A DNA stretch of 64,000 bases from the NCBI GenBank assembly GCA_051362555.1, contig CM120649.1, positions 10,044,001-10,108,000 on the forward strand, written 5' to 3'. This document shows, one piece after another, positions 27,111-39,209 of the stretch; position 1 is the first letter of the stretch, and each line of letters starts with the position of its first letter. The translations under genes were made by a program, and so were the position numbers. This DNA is from Lingula anatina. Taxonomy: Eukaryota > Animalia > Brachiopoda. Under the pieces are notes generated by a model. That model saw only the letters and a list, made by a program, of their open reading frames with translations. It ran no database searches and was not told the origin of the DNA.

Positions 27111-27518
27111 CCAGTAACACATGTAAACCACTTCTACTAGATTCTTATATGACTCAAATAAATTCGACATGCCAAGGGATAAACTGAATAGATCACTCGA
27201 TCAGCCATAAAAGATCTTTAGACTGCTCCTTTCTTTAAATTTTTGGTTGTAAATTTAACCTACTTTCGTGACCTACTTTCCTGCCCCATTGACATACAGC
27301 TTAAAATGCCAGCAGAAAAATCCGTTCAAACATCATTTTCGGGTAAAATTAAACAATGCCTTTTGGTACTTCTCTTAGTTATACTACTTGAAACTATATA
27401 CTGGCATTTAGTTGGTTTTTGTGACAAAAATTTGACTTTGTATGCATCTTTAAACCCTGTGCGGTTCTCCCTGTGCCATGTTAGTATTTCTTGCTTATCC
27501 TCTTCGCCAATGTTATGA

Positions 27519-27668
27519 CAGGGCTGGGTCTTCCAGAAGACGGTCAGATTTTCAAGTTTACATTGACGGGTATCCAATTTTTAATGTTGGAAGACGGTCA
27601 AAATTGGAGGATGAATCAACAAAGATAATTTGGAAGACTGTCAGTATATAGCTCTGGATCCGCCCCTG
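27519..27668. mobile_element. Short non-autonomous element ending GGATCCGCCCCTG
   Basis: Homologous to 38320-38479 (GAAGACGGTCAGATTTT...ATCAACAAAGATAATTTGGAAGA); related ends at about 1025-1038 and 56322. Confidence 0.7.
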
Positions 27669-28872
27669 CAGGGTGCCGTGGATCTCACTCACCATGTGCT
27701 TCTTTCATACTTGTTCCCATTACCATCTCATCCACCAGGTGGTGGCCTCGGTCAAGACGCGACCAATCGACAGCCATGTATTAGATATAACATCATCCCA
27801 AACTGACCACATCAAGCAGGCCACTACAGAGACACATGACACTGTACACCAACAGTTATGTAAACTGTTTGTGTGAGCTGAATAAAAAGAAAAACATTCA
27901 TTATAAACATTCAACAGACCTATAGCCAGCAATTTCAAAAGTTTTTTTTTTCCTAAAAAAAGTGGACCTTTTACCATAAAACCATTGTGTACCTAAATAA
28001 AAATTTCCCCAGAGGGTACCTTTTCCCCGGCAAAAAGGGTGGTTTGTTCGCATTCCCATCATTTCTAAACTGGCAGTGGTCCTGGGCAAAGTCAAACTTG
28101 GCAGCTTCCTCATATTCACAGTTATTTGTACTTTCAAAAAATTGCTAATATGCATCTGATGGTTTGCCATGACTTCATGTAAAAAAAATCAAACTTAAAA
28201 TAACCAATGACATACATAAGTGTCATTGAAAAAATGCTGGGATAGTCACTGAAAGTGGTCACGTTTGGTTGTATGTACACACATGGATGTCTTAGATCAC
28301 CTATATACATGTACTGAAAAAAAATGGGTTCATTTGGGTTGTATGTTGAGTAACCAATAAATGAAAAGCAGAAACATTCATTCTTACCAATTTACATGTA
28401 GCTTGGCATTCTAAATGAAATTTTGAAGGACATTTGTTGTAATTTTACATCTTTAGCAGTCCAGCATATCTCAACATATGAGACACAACACTAGTATATT
28501 TGAGAATGGTGAAGCCCAATTGTAATACTGTAACGTGTTGCTATACATGGCTACAAAATGTACGAGTTCCTAACATTGCAAAGCCATTACTGCACTCCAG
28601 TTGGAGGGCTATGGTTTAATAGAGAGTTATAAAGATATGAAGGACGAAGTGAACACTGCAAAAATCCCCACAAATAACTTTTATAGTAGCTCTAAGACAA
28701 GTACAACATACTACATCATAGAAACCTTATTGCTACTTAATTAACTCTGCTAGTGCTAGTACTTTTTAGGTTTTGCCTCAGATGTTTCCAGGAATCCAGA
28801 TCTACTGTATAACACTTATAACACTAGGATCACAAGATTCCTTTGTCTACCCTCTACCTTTTGTCTCTGCAG

Positions 28873-28878
<6 letters not shown>

Positions 28879-28946
<68 letters not shown>
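28879..28946. repeat. (CT)n microsatellite
   Basis: Pure CT run. Confidence 0.95.
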
Positions 28947-28948
<2 letters not shown>

Positions 28949-29531
28949 AAAACCCCGCCCAACTGTCGCTTTCAATCCCAAGACTTCCGGTACCAGATCA
29001 CTACAACAAAGTACTCACCCTTCTGTCATCAAGAATGTATTTGCGTGCATTAAAAAGGATGCTGGAATCGTGGAATGTCCTACTGCTTCAGATAAAACGT
29101 GTATGGTAACTCGTAACTATATCTTGGCCTAGGTATAGATCTAACGTTATTTCATAACGTATAAAATGTTCCCGCTCCGCCGTACTAAGCCCGACTAAGT
29201 AGGTCAAAGAAAACCCGCAGTGAATACTGGGTCACATCTCGGTACATCCGGTCACATGAAGCGCGCCGTTGTTCCAAGTTATTTATTTATTTTTTTTTTT
29301 TTCGTTTGGATATGATATTTTTTATTATTGATTGACAATATAATCATTACCTTAAAGGTAATTTTAAATCATGCCTTTTTCTATAATTGTTATTATTATA
29401 TATTTTCTTTTTGCTTCGACTAAATGCTGGATCTCAGCACTGCTAAGATATAATAAACGGATATATTAGATCTTAGGCACTGGTAACACAACGCTCAATT
29501 TTAAGTTATGAGCAAATGGAGCATTTAAGGA

Positions 29532-29699
29532 CAGGCCCGTAGCCAGGGGGGGTTCGGGGGGTTCGAAAGAACCACCCTTTTTGCTGGGAAAAGGTCCACT
29601 CTTGGTAAAATTTGATCTATGTACATGAGAATTTCTTGTGGTAAAAGGTCCATTTTTTCAGAAAACGACCCCCCTCTGAAATTGCTGGCTACGGGCCTG
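29532..29699. mobile_element. 168-bp MITE with 15-bp TIR and 5-bp TSD
   Basis: AAGGA|CAGGCCCGTAGCCAG...CTGGCTACGGGCCTG|AAGGA; inverted copy at 53898-54070; partial copy at about 27914-28055. Confidence 0.9.
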
Positions 29700-31647
29700 A
29701 AGGACCTTCACATTTAGAGTATAATTACCTTAAAAAATATACTAAACTTACTTGAAAATACTCTAAAGTTATTTTTTGCCTATATTTCCAGCAAAGCTAC
29801 TAGTAGGGGCCTACCTGTACTTTACTTTTATAGACTGCTCTGGAAGGCTAATATGAGATATGCGCGTTTATTTTTTCAAAAGGTCTACATTTTTTCCTCA
29901 ATTCCAAGTATAGTTTCACAATGCCTGGTAACGAAGGCTTTCAAAATGGCTTCACAAGAGAAATGCAGCTTTGACGTGTTTCGTGTAAACCATTTGACTG
30001 TGCCCTGTCAACATATCGTCTAGCTAATCATGAGGGCTCGCTGGGAAGGGGGGGTACAGTCTAGTGATCACAGTTCACGGCCGCGGAAAATAAAAATCAT
30101 CAAATCACAAATTACCTAAATTAAATTAAAACTTTGTCTATATCTCATTAAAAATGCGAGTCCGGTAAGCTGAAAATAACTATCACCGAGTATAATGACT
30201 TCGTTTCACTGTGGACGAGGGATAAAAACGCGCAATTCTCGATTCACGGGAATGGGGCGCTTCAAGGATGACGCTTATTAATAACATAGAAATTTGCGAG
30301 CATCTTGGGAAATGATAAGTGGCTTTCACGGGAAAGGAAAATACCCAATGGGGTCTTCAGTCATTGTCTTAACTAAAATGAAGTTTTTATTAATGACTTA
30401 AATATTTCAAAAGCATCAAACAAGTAAAATTTTAATTGAAATGATCTGCAGCAAAATACGCCATGTAGGATTTCTCAGCTTTTAAAAGCCGGGCGACACC
30501 GCGAAAATAGCTGCAAGTTATTAATTGCGTTATTTAAACATTAAAACATTCTAAACATTTTCTGAGACGTTAGACATTATACTTGCTTCCTAACAAGTTC
30601 TTAATTTTTTACTTTATTGAAAATAATCTTATGGGCGAATGTGAGATGGTGTTGCGAGCGACAGTAACGAAGGTTTAAAATTGAGTCCGTATTTCGTGTT
30701 TCAAATATGATTATCACAGGTGCTATAAGCTAATTTATGCAACAATTTCCGTGTGCATCGAAAGACTCACTAAGAAAGAGGGAGAGAGACAAAATGATAT
30801 ATTATCACTAATCTACACAAAGTATACCTCCGTGTTGGAAGTTCGAGTCTTCGACTCCCTTGAGGACTCAGATGATAGCTGTCGTCAATATTGCTTTTAC
30901 ATAACGTAACAAATGCGATCGTCCTGTGCGTTCAAATCATAAACAGGAGTCTTTCTTTTAAAAATTATTAAAAACATCCTTACATTTTAGACATATCTGT
31001 AAATATATAGTGAAAACTCCATCTGTGACTGTGTTAGAATGTACTATCTCTCTCTCTCTCTCTCCGGTTGTCACTGGCCGAATTCAACCTGTTGATCCTT
31101 GGACCAGAATCAGATAACAGACCCCTTTTATGACAATTAACTGTTATGACTGATAAATAAAACTACAATTTTTTTCATTCGACCGCATCTTCCGTATCTT
31201 TACGAAAAAAATATATATTGAAAACGCATATCTGTAAAGATCAACTCCTAAAGATAAAAAATGCCCGAGCCTTTGGCTCGTGAACCTTTTTCAGGTACCA
31301 AAACAAGAATAAACAAGCAAACTACAGTACTGATATAAGTGACGTTAGATGCATGGAAAAGGGACGAAGTTGGAAGTGAATGATAAACGTTGACGTCTTG
31401 AAGATTGCGTAACAATAAAACAAGAATAATATTCGTTGAGATATTCATTTATCTGTCTCTATTAAGTCCTTTTTCAAACTGTCTAATATTTTTATGAGCT
31501 TCTTTTGTCGCGTGTGTCCCTTTTAAAATGGTGACTGTTTGTACTGTGGTGGTTCTTGATGCGAGATTTAAGGGCGCAAGACAGCTTTTTTCTATCGTTT
31601 TCATTTTCGTTTTCATTTTCGTTGCCAACGCTCTCAATTCAGGTTTA

Positions 31648-32050
31648 TTTTTATGTACAGAAACAGATGTGTCTGTACATATCGCCATCACCTGCGTCTG
31701 TCGTCGCCGTCGCCGTGCACTTTCAGCGTAAACACGATAAGTGCAAGACAGTTTTACTTTTTAGTTTCATATTTACAGAGCTGATGAATATTCATAAAAC
31801 CCAGGTCAAGTTCGAAAATCAGCACGATCGGGCCATTATTGTGGAAGTTATGCTGTTTTTTCACTTTTCAGCATATTTACAACGCTGTAAACACATTTCA
31901 AGGAAAACCGATAGGCCTGTTGTCATGAAACTCACAGGAGTAATCAATCTTACTAAAACGCGGGTCAAGTTCGAAAATCGGCATGATCGGGCCACTATTT
32001 TAGTAGTTATGCTGTTTTTTCACATTTCCTCAGATTCAATTCTTAGGCAT
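31648..32050 (+). mobile_element. HINE family B copy
   Basis: Head ATGTACAGAAACAGATGTGTCTGTACATATCGCCATCACCTGCGTCTGTCGTCGCC and GGTCAAGTTCGAAAATC cores, as at 7006. Confidence 0.75.
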
Positions 32051-32404
32051 GTTAACAGTCTCATCATTTAACTAAAAGAAAAAAGTGTTTGTTTGACATT
32101 TCCTGCATCTTTAGTTGATTATGTAAAAATGATGGTGAACTTGTTATCGTGTATTGTGTAATTAAGTTTCAAAAATGGAAATAAACTCATATCATTGCAG
32201 TTTGTCAGATTCAATCATTCACTATGTTCAGAATCTCAGAATGGAGGAAATTGGACATTTAACACTGTTGTATTAATATTTTTCCCATCTCATCAATTTT
32301 CTTAGTTGATCATCTAAAAATGGCAGGAAACTGTTAATTTTGTTTTATGTTAAAAAATTTAAAAATGAAAAAAAAAACATTTCAGAACAGTGCTGTTTTG
32401 CTTA

Positions 32405-33090
32405 CATTTTGGCATTTTCAAGGTGTGACTTTGAAGTTCCATGGGCCTGAAGACCTTTGCTAGTCACATTTTTGTATATTCATGATACTAACATTTTATT
32501 ATTAAAAATTGATGGTCATTGTGCTGTTAAACACTATGTAACATTGCATCAAAATTTGAAGAAACCCCTATTTTGGGCACTGCTCCCATGATGACCATTT
32601 AAGGAAAACCAATGTGTCACTTACTTTTCTCAAACTTACAGGAAAGAAACATGGGACTAAAATACAGCTTCAGTAGGCAATGCGGTCTATTTGGTAAATT
32701 TTTCTGGCAGTTAAACAGTTTTTTGTGAATTTTTAATTTTTCACATATTGGCATTTTCAAGGTGTGACTTAAAACCTCCACAGGCCATAAGACCCATGTT
32801 AGTCACATTTTCTAAAAATCCATGATATGTATATTTTATTATTAAAAGTTGATGGTCATTATGCTGTTAAGCATTACGTAATATTACATCAGAATAGAAG
32901 AAAACAATTTTGGGTGATGCTGCCATGATGACCATTATGGGAAAACCATGTTACGTATGATTGTCAAACTTTCAAAAAGGAAACACAGGACTAAAATGCA
33001 GCCTGGATAGGAAAAGCAGTCTAATTGGCTTCTTTTTCTGGAAGTTATACATTTTAGCGAAATATTCATTTTTATCGTGTTGGCATATTC
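32405..33090. repeat. About 340-bp tandem/dispersed repeat (2 copies; inverted copies at about 15715-15910 and 58515-59145)
   Basis: GGCATTTTCAAGGTGTGACTT...CTAGTCACATTTT...GATGGTCATT..GCTGTTAA repeated; reverse complement present at 15.7 and 58.5-59.1 kb. Confidence 0.75.
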
Positions 33091-33978
33091 ATTGTGAAAA
33101 TAATGAAAAAATTGGAGAAAAGCCAAAATCAGAAAAAAATAATAATTTTTTTTCTTATATGCAAATTAAGTCCCCTGAAGTAATATATGACTGGCCGGAA
33201 GTGATGTTCAAATCAAAGATTTGTAATGATGATGATTTTGATGGCCTTGATGATTTTCATGGTGATTAAAAAAATCTTATCAAAGTTTTCCTTTGTCATC
33301 TGGTGTGAAAGAAAGTTTCTGCTCTAACACAATCATTCCACGAGTGAAGAATACATAGTAAACGCGTTTCAGAGTTGTGCTGCAGACGACACGATTTTTG
33401 GGTGAAAATCGCACGCCTAAGATATTAGGTTATAATTATGATATGTAGGATAAAAATGCGTGTCTAAGGTTTCCATAAAAATTTTGCCTGCATTTCTATT
33501 TATATGTGTTCGACAAGGGTGAATTTTATTGGGATATTTTCTCTCTTTCTCTCTCTCTCACATTTAAGCGAAAATTAGGCATAACAGTCAAAATATTCAG
33601 AAGTAAAAAGATTTCAAAGTTTACAATCTTCTTGGTCACTACAATTCTTCGTCATGGTGGTTCACGGGAAAATTTTTAAGACAACTTGTAATTGTATAAA
33701 TTGATAATCATCCGATTACGCGCTTCTTAATAATGTTCGTGATACACAAGTAAAACATAACCTCCTTGGCAGAGGTAATTACGCTCAAACTTAAAACCGC
33801 CTTGACTTGTGTCAAAATTACATTTGTCATTAGACAATTAAATGTTTGGATTTTGTCAAAATGTGTTTTTTAGTCTTCCCTTACTGTTTAAGTGCGGAAA
33901 ATAGGCCTGTTTGTTGTAAATAAACTCAAGTTTGATAAAGCAACAAGTAAAGTTGGAAGCATTTGTTTATTCTGCTTA

Positions 33979-35388
33979 GGCCACACTTTTTTATTTTTAT
34001 GGATGACATCCTGCGCGCGCACCGATTTTCGTCCATTCTCTGAAAAAAAATCACCCCCAACGAAGTCAGTCGTCGCAATCGTCATTATTGAATTTGCCGG
34101 AAAATTAGCTTTTTGTGCATGCATATTATCGCCACGTGTAAATATGTGCTTTGCCGTCAAATTCATCTCTCGGAATACTTTCAAATTACACGACAATTGA
34201 AGTCAAAAAGAGAACGGGGGACGTCGTTTTGGATTGGTATGCCATTGATATTGGGCATGGAGATATCACCTTTTTACAATTATACGAAAGGCTGGCGGCG
34301 GCCAGCGATTATCACCCGGAACATTTCAGTGACATTCTGTCCAAAGCACCACATACCAGGTTTTTTTGTAGCGAAAAAAGAGCCGACAAGGGCGTCGAGG
34401 TATTTGGTGGGCTGAAGGTCGGGCAGGCCACCCGACAGTTTGGCTGCTTCATGTGAGTCGAAGTAGACAAAATGGCATCAACCGAAATGACCTTTAATAG
34501 ATTTGGTAGTATTAAGCGTATCTTTACATCATTTTTTAAACATTTCTGTGAAGTGTTCTTAATGTTTTAATATTCTGAGAGTACAAATAAAGACACACTG
34601 TTTGATATTTGTTTTATTGATTGCTATACCAACACAATTCATGAAATAACCTTAAATAGATTTGGTAATATGCAGCATATCTATTCATGACTTTTTGTTA
34701 CCTTTCTACGAAGTATTCACAATGTTTTCATATTTTGAGAGCATGGATAAAGACATATTGTTAGTTTGATACGTGTTTCTGTGGTAAATTTGTGTACTGA
34801 CAGCATTCCTTTACTTTACTTAAGCAGTATTATAGTACCGCTAATTCGCCAGTACTATTAATGAAGAACATACATCTTTTGGGAGCTGAAAAGATTTATT
34901 CGTATATTCTTATTTTCCAGTTACAATGTATTCTCTTTTATCCTATAGATCGTCATTCCAATGTCATGATGTATGACAAAGTCTTTCTCCTACATTACCT
35001 TATTTGGTAATGTAATAATTCCTCATCTCTTACACAATGTCTATGATTATCCCTTTTTCCATAACTTTCCATCATTACGTTATTACCAAAATGTAATCAT
35101 TCTCTTATTAGGCAATGGTATGTTACTTGACCTTAAGTCGCAATTTCTATTAATACAGATTTATCATTGTATCATCCTAAAGGAATGATAACTATACTCC
35201 CTTATTCTTTTGTTATTATTGAACAGCACATGCACTCTTTAACTCTCTTACTCACACTGTTTAACCTCTTAACAAATGTATATTGTATCAGTTATGAAAG
35301 GTACAATGTATTCATTACGATCACAACTTTATATCTGTACTTTTAATCATTTTCATTACGATAGTATTTTTTTTTTTTTTTTTTGACT

Positions 35389-35419
<31 letters not shown>

Positions 35420-35485
35420 CGCCCTCTCGCACCGATTTCGGGGTTCCCAGAGGATGTCATCCATAAAAATAAAAAAAGTGTGGCC
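33979..35485. mobile_element. 1.5-kb non-autonomous TIR element with TTA TSD (PIF/Harbinger-like)
   Basis: TTA|GGCCACACTTTTTATTTTTATGGATGACATCCT...AGGATGTCATCCATAAAAATAAAAAAAGTGTGGCC|TTA. Confidence 0.85.
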
Positions 35486-35734
35486 TTATTTTGGGAAGGG
35501 AAAATCAATATCTTTCATCGCATTTACTGAATATAAAACTCGAAGATATCTATTCCCTTCCCTACACCACATTTAACATGTAAGTTAAATGCACATTTCC
35601 TTAGACAGACTTTAACTCCGTTCTGTGAATGTAATATGCCGATTCCCTAAATCCCCCTTTACACTGGACGGCGTCCTTTCTGCGTCCCGCAGTTTAAGTT
35701 GAGTCTAAGAAATTTCTGGAAACCCGCCTCAGCA

Positions 35735-36729
35735 TAGGGGAGACTGGGGCTAGTTGGACCCAGGGGTAAGTTGCCTCCCCCATCAATTTATGGAAAAGTA
35801 ACTACGGGGTGAAAAAATTGATCAAATCATTTAGTAAAGTGACCGTAGCCTACAATGCTAAGAAAGTGTCGGAAGTTAAAAAGTTTTACTTAGGCGGTGA
35901 GGCCAAATAAACGATTTTTGCACCTAAAAGTAATTTTGTTTCGATAAGAGATTTAAAAATCTATGTTCATAGGCTTTTGAACGAATAAAGTATACGTATA
36001 AGACATCAGACTAAAGCTAACTGTTTCAAAATTTACTCAAATGTATTAATGTAGTCCATTCTTGCACCACAAACGACTGCAATTCTCAAATCTAAAAATT
36101 GTGCACCTGGGGCTAGTTGGCCCCCTTGGCTCGGGGCAAGTTGGACCCCATATTACCCACAATCCTTTGCGCGCAACAGAGCTACAGACCATTGTTGAAA
36201 CAAATAATTGCCAGTTTAAAACTGAATTTGTTAATTTCTTTTAAAACGAACATTTATTATTCGTTTTCATTCAAAAACCTGCTTTATACCATTATTTATT
36301 TATTTATTCTCAATTAAAACAAAACAAATTTTATTGATAGATATTTTGGTTCTTGCAACACATACAAAGTGACAATAAATCTGCCTCATTTGAACTATTT
36401 GTTTATCAAAGACTCAAAAATCAATTTAATAAATTAAAGATGTGTAAAAATGTATTTCAAGGCGTTTACATGGGATACTTACTTCATTTTCGTATAATGG
36501 GCCAACTTGCCCCGTGGCGGGGCAAGTTGGCCCCCGGGCCCTGACGTCAGTTGCTTTTTTTGTCAAATTGTGAGCCATCTGGTATTACATCTGAAAAATA
36601 ATGACGTTGCATAGATAGCTAATTTCATGGGGCTTACTTTGAAACCGGAATTGTTACTCTAACTCATTCCTAATTGGCTCTACAAGGCCATAAATGTCTA
36701 ACTGGGCCAACTAGCCCCGCTCTCCCCTA
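35735..36729. mobile_element. 1-kb non-autonomous derivative of the pogo-PHD transposon family
   Basis: TIRs TAGGGGAGACTGGGGCTAGTTGG / CCAACTAGCCCCGCTCTCCCCTA; internal GGGGC(T/A)AGTTGG repeats; right 400 bp homologous to 22300-22644. Confidence 0.85.
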
Positions 36730-37124
36730 CCTGTGGAGCAGTGTAAGTTGTAGAACCAGTACATGTAGTAGTTGTAGTACAGTGTAGTAGGACTATATAA
36801 TGTAGTAGTAGTAGTAGTAGTAGTAAGAGTAGTCGTAGTGTACATGTAGAGGGCAATAATAATAATAATTACTGGCAAAGACTGTATATCAGTAATACTC
36901 ACATACACGTGGCTGTGAATACAATACAGTCTCGAATATTTAATGGCTATATGATACAGCAACAAGCTAGGAGACAAATTACTTCTAAATCAGAAAGCTC
37001 CAAGTAGCGCGGCGTGCATCGTTTTTCGGACTTTGTTTTGGCACGTATTAGTAAACACAGAGTATACTTATCCCTGGAATTTAACTTGTAATGTGTAAAG
37101 GACACACACACACATAATTAAACA

Positions 37125-37155
<31 letters not shown>

Positions 37156-37596
37156 AACATAACATAACATAACAAAATTTCAAAATTTCTCTCAGTTGCC
37201 ACGCAAACATTTAGAAATTGCACGCATAATTCCCGGACAAATATAGTTAAATTTTTTTCAAATATCCAATCTTGGGTTACATTTGTCGTGCATACGATGT
37301 TCGTATGGTGTCCATGTATTGCTCATATGCCCCTACTCGTGAGGCGTCCGTTACTTAACCTGAAAGTCACGTGGGAGAACGTACCGAACGTAAGCATGCT
37401 AGTCCATAGACACTTAAGGTACAAAAATACGAAAAATTAATTTCTATTTCATCGTACGGCGTCTGTGAAAAATGTAACTTAGGCTTTAGTAGAGCGTAAA
37501 CCTTTACACCTAATCTTTTTTAATATGGTAGGTGTGATTTTTTGCATCTTTGCCCAGAAATAGACTAGTTTCTGACAATAATGATGATAACCCCCC

Positions 37597-37628
<32 letters not shown>

Positions 37629-37632
37629 ATTA

Positions 37633-38815
37633 AGCCTGGGTCCCAACTCCACGCACAATTTGCAGAACGTACGTATTTTTAGGTTCTTCTCGTCTGGCTG
37701 GGTCGTAGCTAGATCGCAGGGCAGGAATCAAGTAATTGGCGATTGCAAGGAGTGCGCAAGAAGAAAGAGCGTGGAAAGTACGTGAGAAGCACAGCCTCCG
37801 CACGTCATAAGTACCTGCTGCGCCTGGCGGGCTTTCGCACGTGTCCCGCGCGCCCCGTACATGCAAAGTACAAGCATCGTGTACTACCTACGTTATCCGT
37901 ACTAGGAGTACGGGCAACACAAGTACAACGCCCTTGTGGACGTAGGGCAGTCTTGCTGACTTATTACGGTTGTTGTTCGTCTTTTGCACGCGATTCTCGC
38001 GTGTTGAGATGTTTTTGGGAGGGTATAAAAACAGTACATGTTTGAGGAGATAATTATATCCGCAGCAATGTTCAAAGATGGTGAACCCAATCATACCTCT
38101 CCCAGATTCAACTCTCCCCCTCTTGCTCTTTGTTGTCATTTTAGGCATTTTTAAAACTTGACGTCAAAGGCAGAAATAATGCTTTTTCGTTCATGCACCT
38201 CCTCACGGTCCGTGCGCATGGAATGATCACTTCGCACTCAACTTGCACGAAGCCCGTTAGGTCCACACGGTGGGCGCGTGGAAGTGAGGAGTGAGCACGG
38301 AGTAAGCAAGAAATAAGTACAGGGGAGGATTGAGGTCGTCTTCGGGGTCTTCCGGAAGACGGTCAGATTTTTAAGTTTAATTTTAAGTTTTGACGGATAT
38401 CTAATTTTTTCTGTCGGAAGACGAGATCAACAAAGATAATTTGGAAGATTGTCGGAAAATATTTCTGGATCCGACCCTGAAGAACGTGCAACGGGCGCCT
38501 TAACCACGTGCATCACACGCTCCGTAGCCACCCAACGCAGTGGAAAAAATAATTTCCTGGGGTGTCCCGTACGACAGGCGCATGACAGGCGAACGCTACA
38601 CGTTCGCATGTCGTACATTTTCCATTTTTTGAGAAATCGTGGACCGCACGTGCACGCAGCGGCTGTTCATCATGTCGAAAAGTTTCTACGTGCTGCCTGC
38701 GACCTCCAAAAGTTGCACGATGGACGCGCTCCTCACGCACGAAATCTCACCTTTCCCACAATTTTTTGGACGTAGACCGCACTTAGCAGCCGCACGTTGG
38801 GTTATGACCCAGCCT
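37633..38815. mobile_element. CpG-rich Harbinger-type MITE with a nested short element (38320-38479)
   Basis: TTA|AGCCTGGGTCCCAAC...GTTATGACCCAGCCT|TTA; many GCACG/CGTAC motifs; nested element flanked by AAGTA/AAGAA. Confidence 0.7.
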
Positions 38816-39079
38816 TTAACAACTTCGACATACGTTCTAAGATAAGTGTGCAATTTAATCATTCGTAAAGATGTTCCTGCTTATAACTGAATTAATTTGT
38901 TTTTCGATCTTATCAATGTCTCGGATAAACCTGTTTTAAACATTTTTTCTCTACCCCTCCTTCTCTCGCTCGTTTTTAACCTCTGAATCTTTCTTGCTAA
39001 CATAAAATATTTTCTCTGTCACCGTGAAGACATTTCAAATGAACAATCTCAGTTAATACGGGAACTGAGTCATGGGCAT

Positions 39080-39209
39080 CCCTCTACCAAGGCCGCAGTT
39101 ATTGTGCTGTGGACATTGAAAAATACAGTACAGAGATTAGCCATCTATTTAACCAGACACACATCTTTGATTATCTAGTGAAAAATCAATCTATGGCCCT
39201 GGTAGAGGA
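39080..39209. mobile_element. MITE of the CCCTCTACCAGGG family
   Basis: CCCTCTACCAAGGCCGCAG...GGCCCTGGTAGAGG; halves match the two ends of 53094-58492. Confidence 0.75.

Larger units (their letters stand above)
23906..29200 (-). ncRNA. Candidate spliced non-coding (or fully decayed) transcript built from duplicated exon modules
   Basis: Minus-strand AG/GT-bounded GC-richer blocks 27877-27693, 25503-25282, 24867-24702, 24135-23906; extra donors at 26042 and 29018 (GTGAGT); blocks are mutually homologous; no recognisable ORF. Confidence 0.35.

Noticed and set aside
33750-33780. TTACCTCTGCCAAGGAGGTTA palindrome (minus strand) as the head of another HINE
   Set aside because: Plausible, but I could not locate its other end, so it is not listed as a feature
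37630-38845. Cluster of overlapping ORFs in GC-rich DNA as a gene or CpG-island promoter
   Set aside because: Falls within a TIR/TTA-bounded MITE; few stop codons reflect base composition
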